From the human T2T-CHM13v2.0 reference genome, Homo sapiens: a DNA stretch of 64,000 nt. The first letter of the stretch is position 1. Every line of letters begins with the position of its first letter. This document shows, one piece after another, positions 14,753-27,659 of this stretch. Position numbers and translations under genes: made by a program. The notes under the pieces are model-generated. The model was not told where the DNA came from, made no database searches, and was given only the letters and a program-made list of their open reading frames with translations. The stretch lies in NCBI RefSeq assembly GCF_009914755.1, contig NC_060936.1; one strand, given 5' to 3'.

Positions 14753-16184
14753 AGAAATGTACAGTCATAGTGTTCAGCTCAGTAATCAAGCTGTTTGTAA
14801 TACATGCTATGAGTCTCCAAGAAGGCCGTCAGATACTTTCAACCAAAGTCACCCAAACTCTGGAGCAGGAGATTACAGTTAAGTTGCTGGTGAATTACAG
14901 CTTCAGATAACTGAAGAGAACACATTAATTATTTAAGACTGTTGTTGTTAGGCAAAAATATATGTGGCCAATATTTGGAGGCAGAACATTTGTTGCAATC
15001 TGTGCTTGAGAGGCGGATGTGTTTGTTTATTCTAAAAGTTTGCAAAGTGCCAACTCCCCAGCAGTGAATAACTTAATAATGCAAATGTAAATCTCAGACT
15101 CTAAACTGGCTCAGAGGAGGTGGTGATTATGGAAAAATCCTTTTTCATCTAGCCCAAGGAACTGACCACCCATGAGCTGGAACATAGACCTCAAAGCAGG
15201 AAAGGAACAGAAGTGTCCAAAGAGGAAATGGAAAACATAACGCAGAAACAAGCTGGTCCTTGAGAATGACCATATGCAAGCAGAGGCAGGGGCAGTATTC
15301 TCAGGTGGTTCCTCGAGGACTTTGGGCTCCTGGGTTCTGGATGAGGATGCGATATGAAGATAAGAACAATCTACTTTAAAAGGCCCCAAAGAATTTGGAT
15401 CCCAGAAGCCTTAGACTATTGGCTTAGATTTGGGGTTGCAAAGCCAATGTCTACCCAGACTGGGCAGGAAATGAAAGTTAGTAAGTGAGTTGGGTGTAAG
15501 ATGATAAAAGGCGGCTGCCACTTAGTCTCAGTGTTGGGAGGCAATGGGGAGTAGTGGGGAGTGCAGTTAACTCAAGCAAATTTGCCTCGATTAAAGACAG
15601 CAGCTGCTGGCCCTGAGCCAATTGTTGCCATGTGTAAATGTAGGTCCAGTGTTGACTAATGTTTTGAAAGAAATCAAAAACTTTGAGTTTCATGAGAAAT
15701 TGATCTGCGTTTTAAAATATTCCCAACTATTTTAAAACTGCAAAGTTTTAAAAGCAACCTGTGAGCTGTCTCCTCCCTCTCCCTAATACAGCCACTAAAT
15801 ATGGCCGTTAACTATCTGTGTGGTCCCACATTTAAAATCCTTGGAGTACACAGATGACATCTGATTTTACCTCTTTATTCTGTAGGTATAAAAAATAGAC
15901 CTCAGCTTTCATCTTAAGTCACATGGTCGATGGCAGAGCTGGGACCAGAACCAGTTCTGAGTTCTGCCCTTCTTTTCTTCCCAATATAGATTCTAGAACA
16001 GTGTGTTTCAGATTGGACAGGAAGTGTATTCTGAGTAAGGACAAGTGAAGTCTCTTGTTCTCCATGGAGAACAGTGAATCCTGCCCTAGTCCTTGATGGT
16101 GATGTCAGCAATGATGCTGATAAATATCAGGTAGAATGTTTTGGGCAGCAAGTAACAGAAAACCTTGATTCACATGGACTTAAA

Positions 16185-16878
16185 CTCCTCCTCCTTCCCT
16201 TTCTCCCTCACTCCTCCCTTCTTCCCATCTTCCCTGCCTCCTTCCTCTCTTTCTCCCTCCCACTTCCTCTCTACCTCCCTCTCTTCCTTCCTTTTTTCTT
16301 TCTTTCTTACCCCCTCCTTCCCCCTCCTACCTTCCTCTCTTCCTCCTTTTCTCTCTTTCTTCCTTTCTTCTTTTCTCTCTTCTTTATCCCCTCTTCCCCA
16401 CCCCTTTCCCTTCCTCCCTTTCTCCCTCTCTCTCTCCCTTCCTTCTTTCTTTACTCCCTCCATTCCTTCCTTCCTTCCTCCTTTCCTTCTTTTATTTCTT
16501 CTTTACTCCCTTTTTCCCTCCTTTCCTCCCTCTCCCTCTTTTTCTTTCTTCCTCCCTTCTCTTTCTTTCCCTATCCCTCTTTCCCTCTGTTCCTTCCTTC
16601 TCTTCCTCCCTTCCTTCTCTTTCCTTCTCTTCCCTTTCACTTTCCTTTCTTTCCTTTTCCTTCCTCCCTCCTTCCTTTCCTCTCCTCTTTCTTCCTTCCT
16701 TCTCTTCTCTTTTCTTTCTTTTCCCTTTCCCTCTTCCCTCCTCCCTATCCCCCTTTTTCTCCCTTCCCTTCTCTCCCCACTCATGTCCTCTCCTCTCTTA
16801 CCCTTTCTTTCTCTTCCCTTTCCTTTTCTTGCCCTCCCTCCCTTCCTCCTTTTCTATCTCTCACTTTTCCTCCTTTTT
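16185..16878 (+). repeat. ~690-bp polypyrimidine (CT-rich) low-complexity tract
   Basis: Almost purely C/T with CTTC/CCTT/CTCT units. Confidence 0.95.
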
Positions 16879-17299
16879 GTAAGAACAAGGTTGACAACAG
16901 CAAGGTCTATGTATTTCACTGATTCTCCTAGAGATTGAGAATGAAAATCTCTCTTTTCGAAACCTCCGTGCAGGCATGGGCTATATAGATCCTTCTTTTT
17001 TTAATCTAGTTGAGCCCATGTGTCCACTTCTGGGTCAATTATCAGTAGTCAAGGGATAGCTGTTTGCAGATCAGTTGAGCGTTTCAGTTAATCCCACAAC
17101 TGAGATGGGATTCTGTAGGGGAAGGCATAGTTTTGTGTGTGCTCACCTTCCTGTTCACCTGGATACCTTGGCTCCTTGAGGAGGCCAGTGAGCCAACTTG
17201 TGGCTCTTCAGAATGTTCTTGTGGTGAGCTGCCCCTGGGCTTTTCCTCAAATATCTAGAAGCCCAACTCTCTGTTTTCCTGGTGAACCTAGTCTAAGGG

Positions 17300-17460
17300 C
17301 AGAGCTTCCCAATCTTTAGTGACACCAGATAGCCCAAGAATGTTCATAAAAATGAACATTCCCAGGCCCCTATCCTCAGAGATCTGAGAATCTGAATATT
17401 TTTACATTTCCCCAAGTGATTTTTATTTGGGTGGTCAAGTGTCATAATTTAAGGAGCCCT
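17300..17460. mobile_element. MER5-like hAT fragment
   Basis: AAAATGAACATTCCCAGGCCCC...GAATCTGAATATTTTTACATTTCCCCAAGTGATT. Confidence 0.55.
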
Positions 17461-17936
17461 CCTCTAGGCTATGACACCTGGATGGCTCCAACTCACATAT
17501 ATTTAAGAAGTGGCCATCGGCCATCAAAGAAATTCGTAGGTTCATGAAAGGTAGAATTTTAATCTGTTACGGCACAATAGAAATTTCTTTTTTGTACCTA
17601 CCTTTGAATTCTTAAAATTAGCATCTGCATTTCCAATCATGGTTTTCTGGAGTGCCTATAAGGCACCTTTAGAAAAGAGTAAGGAAGCATTTGGGAAGAA
17701 GATAAAAGGAAGGCTATTTGTCCACTTTGACCAACATCTCAATTTATCCTCAGTCCATGGGCCACAGATATGGGGGAGAAGTTGCCCTGGTTCTAATTAA
17801 TTAATGTAACCCTATTTGTGGAATTTTGGCCACTGTATGATTGAGGTTGTACTTAAATAAAGTTGACTCACAAGTGGGAAAATAATTGCCACTCAGAATT
17901 TAATCATTCTAATAACTCAAGGGAGTTTCATGCTAG

Positions 17937-18432
<496 letters not shown>

Positions 18433-18440
18433 TATATTTC

Positions 18441-18802
18441 CTTTTTAAAAAAACTTTTAAGTTCAGGGGTACATGTGCAGGTTTGTTACATAGGTAAACT
18501 CGTGTCATGGGGGTTTTTTATACAGATTATTTAATTTCCGCGGTATTAAGCCTAGTACCTATTAGTTATTTTTCCTGATCTTTTCCCTCCTTCCAGCCTC
18601 CACCCTCTGATAGACCTCAGTGTGTGCTGTTCCCCTCTGTGTGTCCATGTGTTTTCATCATTTAGCTCCCACTTATAAGTGAGAACATGTGGTATTTGGT
18701 TTTCTGTTTCTGCTTTAGTTTGCTAAGAGTAAAGGCCCCATCCATGTTCCTGCAAAGGACATGATCTCACTCTTTTTTAAAGCTGCATAGTATTCCATGG
18801 TG
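18441..18802 (-). mobile_element. Old L1PA 3' end
   Basis: GTTCAGGGGTACATGTGCAGGTTTGTTACATAGGTAAAC; TTAGCTCCCACTTATAAGTGAGAACATG. Confidence 0.9.
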
Positions 18803-18937
18803 GCTATATCCCTTTTGACATAGAGAGAGCAGACCTTGGACTCAGAGACTTGATAGTAACATCAATATAGGTATATTAACTTCAATATAATTAAAAGCAT
18901 CTAGCTATCATTTAATTGCTTTGTTTTCCCTTCATTA

Positions 18938-19333
18938 TATATCAGGCAGGATACATGCCAGATTATGCTGACCTAAAAAAGTCCCCATAGCTTCAAATAA
19001 CAGTTTTATTTTACATTCACACTGCTTGTCCATCATGGGTCTCAGGGGATTTCCACTTACTGGAATCACTTAGGGATGCCCGCTGATGCAGGGACCACCA
19101 TCTCAAACATTGTTGGTTCCCATCGAGAAGATAAGGTAATTTTGATAGTTTTCACATACCTGTTAAATAGTGTGGCCTGAGTAATACACAGGGAGCTTCT
19201 GCTCACAGCCTATTGATTAGAACTAGTCATATGGCCCTGCCCAGGCACAAGCACCCAGGAATAAGAGCCTCTCATGTGACTGGGAGGGGAGAACTGGGGA
19301 TATTTGATAATGAGCACAAGCACCCACCACACA
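18938..19333 (-). mobile_element. Old MLT1 (I/J-like) LTR
   Basis: GATTATGCTG...ATTGATTAGAACTAGTCATATGGCCC...GATATTTGATAATGAGCAC...CACCACA. Confidence 0.65.
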
Positions 19334-19439
19334 TTGTGTATATTTGCTCTGGTCCTCCATCATTGTTTTCTACTAGATTCTGAAGGTAGGCACCTTCCTT
19401 AGGGATGTGTTAACCTAGAGTACAGCCAGCTGTCCATGT

Positions 19440-19668
19440 AAAACTGCAACCGGACAGCCTGGGTGTGACCCTGGGCATTAACCCCCCCTGACTGTGTGCC
19501 TTTGGGCAAGTCACTTCACCTCGTTGGTCCTCAGTTTCCTCATCTGTAAAGTGGGCTAGTAATAATGGCACTGACTTCAGAGGGTCATTGAGAGATTAAT
19601 AAAAGAGTTAATACGTGCAGTGAACATTGAGTGTGGCACATAATACACACTCAGTAAATGTTAGCTGT
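19440..19668 (+). mobile_element. MIR
   Basis: TTGGGCAAGTCACTTCACCTC...CCTCAGTTTCCTCATCTGTAAAGTGGG. Confidence 0.88.
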
Positions 19669-19739
19669 GGCTTTTGTAGCCCTGGAGCCAATCAATTACC
19701 TAAGCAATTACAATTAAGTGTAATGGGTGTGTGTGTAGT

Positions 19740-20283
19740 TGTATTAGTCAGGGTTCTCTAGAGGGACATAACTAATAGGATAAATATGTAGATAAAGGGG
19801 AGTTTATTAAGAGAATTGACTCACATAATCACAAGATGAAGTCCCACAATAGGCTGTCTGCAAGCTGAGGAGCCAGGAAGCCAGTGTGAGTCCCAAAACC
19901 TCAAAAGTAGGGAAGCCGACAGTGGAGCCTTCAGTCTATGACCAAAGGCCTGAGAGGCCCTGGCAAACCACTGATGTAAGTCCAAAAGTCCCAAAGCTGA
20001 GGAACTTGGGGTCTGATATTCAAGGGCGGGAAGCATCCAGCATGCAAGAACGATGGAGGCCGGAAGACTCATCTAGTCTAGTCTTTCCATGTTCTTCTGC
20101 CTGCTTTTATCCTAGCTGTGTTGGCAGCTGATTAGATGATGCCTACTCGGAGTGTGGGTCTGCCCCTCCCAGTCTACTGACTCAAATGTTAATCTCCTTT
20201 GCAACACCTTCACAGACACACCCAGGAACAATTCTTTGCATCCTTCAGTCCAATCAAGTTGACACTCAATATTAACCATCACA
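19740..20283 (-). mobile_element. MLT2A (MLT2A2-like, HERV-L) solo LTR, full length
   Basis: TGTATTAGTCAGGGTTCTCTAGAGGGAC ... CAAGTTGACACTCAATATTAACCATCACA, 544 bp. Confidence 0.9.
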
Positions 20284-21704
20284 TTAATGAAGTGCAGGCT
20301 ATGTAGGTATCAAGCAGTGGGAAGGGAATCAAGTCTAGGGCTTTATGGGAAAAAGGTCTCCCTGCAGGAGCAGGGCCTGAAGGAAGAGGGTGGTTCCCCA
20401 GGGGAAGAAGGTGACAATCTACATCGTAGTCAGAGGGAATTGCAACTGTGCAGGATTGTGGTGGGCTTTAATGGACTTCCATTAAAGGAATTCCGGATAG
20501 AGAGCTGATTTGAATAAATGGTTGCTGCTTTTCCTTTGGTGCCTTGTAAGTGATATCAGGTTCGTAGCTCTTGCAGACATCTCAATTCTCAGTAAGAGCT
20601 GGCCTTCCAGAGCAGCCTTTGCCTTGCCCCTTGGATGTGAACTTCCTACGGCCTAAGACCAATTCATTAAGAGCTCAGAACTGCTCTCGGTGGGTGGCCC
20701 AGGAATGACTACTGTCTGCAGAATGGTGGGGAGAAACTTTTCTTAGAGGATTTTTGGAAACATAAGGACTAAATAAATTAGAGTTTGGATTACTTGAGCA
20801 AGCGAGTGCTTTTCAGAGTATAGAAAGCTAGGGTGTTTGCGTGTGTGTTGTGGTTGGAGGTGGAGAGAGCTGGTGAGGAAGGAGCAGGAAGAAATCCACA
20901 GGGAATTTTTATAAAAGGCAGAACATTGCAGAGCTCTGTTTCTGAAGAGATAGATCATAACCTTTTCAATTTTATGCTAATTTGCCTTCCCCAGTCACTT
21001 TGGCTTGGATTTGCTCATCGTGAATCTTCAACCAGGTGTGTGCGTGTTTAAGAAAACTGCTTTGAGCTGCAGTCCTGGCATCAGTCAGCAGCCACCCAGC
21101 CTGAAACTTCAGTGAGGCTGGTGGGTGAGATCGTCTGGCTGGCACCCTGGTAAGAGTGTCATTTATTGAGACAAACTGACTTTCTAGAAAGAACTTCCAC
21201 TTGACCAGTAGGCAAGAGCAAAACACATGGTGATGAGGCACAGTGGAGGTTTCTTACCCTCCAGGAATCATTAAACCAGTAAGGTGCACCGCCATGACTT
21301 AAGCCCTCCTATGTGCCGGGCACTGCACCAAGTTCTTTTCCCAGATAATCTCATTTGATTTCCACAGCAACCTTGAAATGGAAACGTTATTTCAAGGAGG
21401 ATTCCCTGCTATGTCCAATTTGACACAGTTCATTGAGGGAACAGCCATAGCCCAAAATCACAGTTTTTATTACTTGGAAACATGTGTAGTAGATGTCCTG
21501 GTTTTTTATCTTATTCCTGACTCTGCAACCCATCTCCTCACTCAAGGAAAAGTTTAACTACCTGATGTTTTAGTGTCTTGGCCATGTCAATTGAAAGAAA
21601 ATGTCCTATATGCTGGTCTGAAAATCCTTATTTTGGGATGAGGAAACTGAGGATAAGAGAAGTCAAGTCATGATAAGTTCCAAAGTGGCAAAGCTGAGAT
21701 TGCT

Positions 21705-22905
21705 TTTTTTTTCCATTTAATATTTTTTAGCATAATTTCAGGCCTGTACACAAGTTGCAAAAAAATTTCTGTATACTCCTTACCCAGTTTCCCCAAATGT
21801 TAACACTTTACCCCATTGGTTTTATCCTCCTGCTTTTATTTTTTTCTAAGCCATTTGAGAATCAGTTGAAGGTTTAATGTCACCTTACTCCTAAATACAT
21901 CAGTGTTTATTTCCCAAAAACAAGGATGGTCTCTTACATTACTGCAGAACAGCTATTAAAATAAGAGGAATGATATGGATACAGACACACTATTATGATT
22001 TAATCTACAGAGTTTGTTCATACTTCACCAATTGACAAATAGTCCCTATGGTGTACTTATTGCTAAAACAATAAAAAGAAAGAAAAAAAAAACAAGATAA
22101 AAAAGAGATGAAAGAAAAAATGTAAAAGAAGGCCCAGACATGCTGGCTCATGCCTGTAATCCCAACACTTTGGGAGGTCAAGGCGGGTGGGTCAGATCAC
22201 TTGGGCCCAGGAGCTCGAAACCAGCCTGGATAACACAGCAAGTCCTTGTCACTACAAAAAATAAAATAAAATTAGCTGGGGGTGCTAGTGCATACCTGTG
22301 GTTCCAGGTATGCTTGGGAGGCTGAGGTGGGAGGATCTTCAGAGCCCAGGAGGTCAAGACTGTAGTGAGGTGTGATGTCGCCACTGTACTTCCAGCCTGG
22401 GTAACAGAGCTAGACCCTGTCTCAAAGTAAAAAAAGAAAAAGGAAAAGAAAAAGAAAAAAGAGAAATGAAAAGAGAAAAGAAAAAAAAAGAAAAAGAAAG
22501 AAGTGAAAAGAAAAAAATTCTAAATCATACAATGCATTCAATTGTCATGTCTTGTAGTTTCTATTAATCTGGAAGAGTTTCTCAGTCTTTTACTGTGCTG
22601 GATGTATTGACAGTTTTAAAGAGTACAGGACAGTTATTTTGCAGAAAGTTCATCAATTTGGATTTGTCACATTAGATTTATGGTGGGTGATTTTGACAGG
22701 AACAGCACAGAAGTAATGTTATGTTCTCCACAGTGTGTCGTATTAGAAGGTATGTGCTGGCACTGTGCCCTGTTATTGGTGAGGTTTAGCTTTGATCATT
22801 TGGTTAAGGTAGTTTCTGCAGTTTCCTCCACTGTAAAGTGACTATTTTTCCCTGTGTAATTAATGAGTATCTTGTGGGGAGATATTTGAAACTATGTGAA
22901 CATCA
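21705..22905 (-). mobile_element. L1MC4/5-like 3' region inserted in a MIR and interrupted by an AluJ
   Basis: TACCCAGTTTCCCCAAATGTTAACA; TTTGATCATTTGGTTAAGGTAG; MIR halves at ~21637 and ~22905. Confidence 0.75.
22131..22516 (+). mobile_element. AluJ with long A-rich tail
   Basis: GAGGTGGGAGGATC...GCCCAGGAGGTCAAGACTG, AluJ diagnostics. Confidence 0.9.
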
Positions 22906-23129
22906 GAACTAGGACTTTTAACCCAGACATTCTGACTACAGAATCCACAAACATCTGCTACACTTACCATTTCCCTATATAGTGGGTGTGTGTTCTGGAT
23001 TTACCAGGCACTATGCTAGTTGAGTTAAAAGTGTTATTGCTTTTAACTCTCACGGTAATTTTCAGAGATATGGGTGTCCCATCTCTCACACTGAGTTTCC
23101 CATCTATGTCATAGAAACAGATTCAGGAT

Positions 23130-23312
23130 ATGGAATGATAGACAATGGAGGCTTGGAAGGCTGGGGGAGCAGGAGGGTTGTGGATGATGAGAAATTACTT
23201 AATGAGTATAATATACGTTATTTGGGTGATGAATACCCTGGAAGCTCTGACTTCACTACTACACAATATAGCCATGTAACAAAATTACACTAGAATCCAA
23301 TAAATGGATACT
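23130..23312 (+). mobile_element. L1MA/MB 3'UTR fragment
   Basis: GATGAGAAATTACTTAATGAGTATAAT...GACTTCACTACTACACAATATAGCCATGTAACAAAATTACAC. Confidence 0.75.
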
Positions 23313-24624
23313 GATAGAAACTTAAAAACTCCAAGTATATTCAGGATCCAAATGAGTTAATCAGCTCTTGCTAAAAGAATGAGAAAGGTGATCTCCAGTT
23401 CCATCCTCTGGTCGTAGAACCCAAACTAGGAGCTGAAATGGCTCTCACAGATTCCCAAGGAGCAGATGTCCCTGTAAGTATTATACAAACAAAACTCCTG
23501 CCAGAGATGGGAACTAATAGGGGAAAATCCATGTGCGTGCAACTTGGAAAGGGCCTGGATCAACTGCAGGAATGGCTTTTTATGAGATTTAATATTCCCC
23601 TCACTGGAGACACAGTACTATCGAATAATAAACAGCAGAGTCTGTGGTGTTGATCTTTAAAGTAAATCCTATTGCTATTAGCTTATCTGTCCAACTATTA
23701 AAACTAATAAAATAATAAACTCTATGACACAGACACTTAGCTCAGTTTAGTCCTCCCTCCTAACTGCAATTTTCTCCTTCTATGACTGTTGTTTTTTTTC
23801 AGCAATTTCCTGCTTATCATTAAACTATCTGGAACATTTTCATATGTTTGGATGACAGTTTTCAGTTGCCCTGGGATATTTTTGTATTCCTCTCTCTCTC
23901 TCTCTCGAAATTTATTGTCTATTTTTACTTCAATCTTTACTTAACTTTTGCAGCCTGTCATCCCAGCAGGCAGGAATGCTTCTTTGTCAGGTTCAAAATC
24001 ACCTGCCTCTTGGGGCCATTGTGAACTTGCTAAAGAAAAAGAGAAAAAGCACTCCAAATTAACTGGGGAGGGGAACCCGAATACTCATTCAGGCTTCATT
24101 TGCTATGCAGTCTCTGAGAAACTGGTCAAAATTATTTTATAAGTTTCGAGAAGATCAGGAAAAAAAACCATACAGATGGATTACTTCTTATGTGGGGGTT
24201 AACTAAATGTACAGTGATAGCATAAGGCAATCTGAACATAAAATAAAAAGATCCCCAAGTCTCCCTTAGACTATTCCTGTACTAGAGACCAATATCTCAT
24301 CCTTCTATAAGTCTACCAGATGCAGTTTTGTTTCCATCGTTGAAGATCTCTTTCTGTATTTGAGAACCAGAAAAAGTAGCTGACTGTATTGAAGGGGCAT
24401 GTTGCATGTTGTATGTAAACAGTCAGCTGTGTTTAAGGGCCATGTATATATGCCCCTAGAATGACACTCAATATAGTGGATGCTCGGACTGAATGAAGAC
24501 CAAATTTACCCTCCCATCTCACTTTTTGGGGCATGTGCTCACAGTGAAATGTTTTGGTTCTCCCTCTCTCTCTCCCTCTTTGTCCTACAGCAGAGAGTTG
24601 GACTTTCTTATAATAACTGTATCA

Positions 24625-24935
24625 GGCAGGGTGCGGCGACACATGCCTGTAATCCCAGCACTTGCACTTGGGGAGGCTGAGGCAGGCAGCTCACATGAGG
24701 CCAAGAGTTAGAGACCAGCCTGGCCAACATGGCAAAACCCTGTCTCTGCTAAAAATACAAAAATTAGTCAGGCATGGTGGTGCGTGTCTATAATCCTAGC
24801 TATTCAGGAGGCTGAGGCATGAGAACTGCTTGAACCCAGGAGGTGGAGGTTGCAGTGAACCAAGATGGCACCACTGCACTCCAGTCTGGATGACAGAGCA
24901 AGACTCTGTCTCAAAAAAAAAAAAAAAAGAAAAAT
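24625..24935 (+). mobile_element. AluS (Sz-like)
   Basis: Both arms, GAGGCATGAGAA, poly-A tail. Confidence 0.93.
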
Positions 24936-25462
24936 CAAAAGACAAAATCTTATTGATGAGACGACCTCCCTGTATTTAATTCTGCAACACCCAGATCTCA
25001 GCAGGCCACAGACTTTACAACTTCATTCTATTGATTTTCTGGCCTCAGTCTTAAGAGCATCACAGGTTCTAATATAAAGGAAGACCCTGGGATGAAAGGC
25101 TGTTTTCATGTCTCAGGCATCTTGTATTCTATCTCTAGCCATCAGTATTAGCAGTGTTTTGCCAATGTTCAGAAAAGCATAGTATCAGGTGACAATCAAC
25201 AGACTGAATGGTAATTTGACCCACTGCCAAAACCCCGCAGGTCTTACACCTTCCCCCTTCTTTTTAACTTAGTGGATTTGTGTATGTCTGTGTCTGAATG
25301 AGGTGAGAAATATGTTATTCAGGCAAAAAGAAAGACGTGCTTAGGAAGAGTTTTAATTTGGCCTGAGTACTTTAGTACCTCAAAAAGGACTTTACTCCAC
25401 ACCCTGCCCCCACCCAAGTATAAAAGAAACATATATTCATTCCAGAAAATATGGAAAAAGCA

Positions 25463-25880
25463 GTATATCAGTCAAGGGACATGACTGTAAGAAACATAAG
25501 CCAACTCTGACTGGCTTAAGCAAAACTTAATTTATTTGATGCATGGCCTGGATAACCGAGCACTGGCAGGAGGTTTTGCAAACTGGGTTTAGAAAGCGGG
25601 AACGAATTACGGAAGCTATAGGAGGCAGGAGAGCAAGAGCCATAGCTATAGTGCCATGATGGGAAGTTTCAGGTCAGCACACCTCTGCTTGTGGTGAATG
25701 GCCTGGAACTGCTCTTCCTGTTGCATCATTCACTAATTCACTAAAAATGCAAAGTCTTGGGACAGGGCATCTGATTGGGTGGACTAAGGTCACATGACTA
25801 TTTTCTGGTTGTATCTCCCAACTTCTGTAGTGAAAGGCAAACACCTAAAATTCCCTGGCCACCAATGCACCATATGGGAT
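25463..25880 (-). mobile_element. Old MLT1 (K-N-like) LTR
   Basis: CCAACTCTGACTGGCTTAAGCAAAA; GCATCTGATTGG...AGGTCACATG. Confidence 0.55.
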
Positions 25881-25899
25881 CCCTCAAAATAAAATTGGG

Positions 25900-26499
25900 A
25901 TATGGTAGTCAAGTCCCTTGATCTCCCCCTGTGATCCATGATTTTCACCTCCTGGTGTTTACACTCTCGTGTAGCACCCCCCCCGCCCCCGACACACACA
26001 CACACACACACACATACACACATATACATTGAATCACAGCTGGTCTGTATGAGCAATAGATTATGCTAGAGGAAACAGTGCATAGCTTCAGAGTTGGGTC
26101 ATAAAAGGCATTGTGCTTCTTCCTTGGTCTCTTGGATTGCCTACTGTGGGAGAGGCAGCTGTCAAGTCATAAGGATACTTAAGCAGCATGTGGAAAGGCC
26201 CACGCTGGGAGAAAGTGAGGCCTCCTGCCAAAAGCCAGCATGAATTTGCTAGCTGTGTGAGCTGGGAGTGACTCAACTTGGAAGCAGATGCTCCAGCCCC
26301 ATTCCTGCTTTCAGATGAGAGTGCAACCCGAGACAACATCAAGACTGCAACCTCATGAAAGACTCAGCCAGAATCACCCAGCTGAGCTGCTCCTAAATTC
26401 TTGACCCACAAAAACTGCAAGACACAATAAATGTTTATTCTTACTTTAAGTGTCTGAGTTTTGGAGTGAGTTGTTACACAGCAATAGGTAATTAAAACA
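25900..26499 (+). mobile_element. MLT1F-like LTR with internal (CA)n
   Basis: GTCATAAAAGGCATTGTGCTTC; TTCTTGACCCACAAAAACTG; ends TTGTTACACAGCAATAGGTAATTAAAACA. Confidence 0.85.
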
Positions 26500-26908
26500 G
26501 TGTCCTCCCAGATCCCTGGAGGTTCTTTTAATTGGCTGTGCAGGTGCTGTTGTTAAGAACTCCAACCTACCGTCTTCTCCAGAGCACTACTCCTGTGTGA
26601 TGTGCACTCCCTCACCCACAGGTCCCTGAGAGTTAGATATTTCCCCATCTCCCACCCCCAGCATGCAATGCAGTCGATTTTTCCGTCGGTACTTCTCCCT
26701 TATCTCAAAAAGGTACTGACCCTATGATGCAATTTACACTCTAGAGCTCCTCTCAGGACCAGGCTGAGGCTGCACTGCACTGGAAAACACATCTTTTCTG
26801 CTTCTCCCCTTCTCTATCTTGCTTTCCTCACGACCTTACAAGTTGAAAACATATCCTCAGTAAACAACTTACACAAGAATTTGCATCTCAGGTGCTACTT
26901 CTAGGAAG
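26500..26908 (+). mobile_element. LTR16 (C-like) ERVL LTR
   Basis: CCCAGATCCC start; ACTCTAGAGCTCCTCTCAGGACCAGGCTGAGGCT; CATCTCAGGTGCTACTTCTAGGAAG end. Confidence 0.7.
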
Positions 26909-26924
26909 GAGTAGTGGATCCAAG

Positions 26925-27258
26925 CTTCTTTCCTCTGAGCTTCTATAACAAAATACCACAGACTTGGTGGCTTATAAACAACAGGAATTTGTTTTTCATC
27001 ATTTAGAGGCTGGAGGTCTGACATCAGGGGGCCAGCATAGTTGGGTTCTGGTGAGGGCTGTCTTCCTGGCTTGGCTGCCTTCTTGCTGAGTGCTTATATA
27101 GTGGAAAGAGGGCAAGAGAGCTCTCTGGGGTGCACCCTCATGACCTAATTACATCCCAAAGTCTCCACCTCCCTATACCATCACATTGGAGGTTAAGATT
27201 TCAATATATGAATTTGGTGCAGGGACACAAACATTCACAGAACTTCAGTCCATAGTAC
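26925..27258 (-). mobile_element. MLT1A LTR
   Basis: ATAACAAAATACCACAGACTTGGTGGCTTATAAACAACAG; CACCCTCATGACCTAATTAC; CAGTCCATAG. Confidence 0.85.
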
Positions 27259-27659
27259 GTGCAAAGGAGAAAAAAACATGAGATATGACTAATATTGTTT
27301 ATCCTATCAAGAGCCCAACTTGTCTCCCCCCAACCCAAGTATTTACACTACTCAAATATATGCATCTCCCTATACAAGCAGAGACAGATCTGCCTCCTCC
27401 CTGTAGGGGTAAAAAAAAATCCATATCTTGTTAGTGAATGCACTTAGCCACAAGCACAAGCTTCCTGGGTCAAGTTTATTTTCTTCTATTATTTTGTGCC
27501 CTATTTCAGTATCTTGCAACCTATGAAACGGCAAATTTAACTATTCCCATATACCATAGTCTGTGAAAAGGAGAAGAAAGATAATCAAAAGTATTTAGAA
27601 CATATCAATGTATATCTGACACAAACAAACAAGATACAATAAATTTTCATAAAAACTCA

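Noticed and set aside
16074-16938. 282-aa and 257-aa ORFs, the longest in the window
   Set aside because: Stop codons are absent only because the tract is nearly all pyrimidine; the translation is P/S/L/F low complexity.
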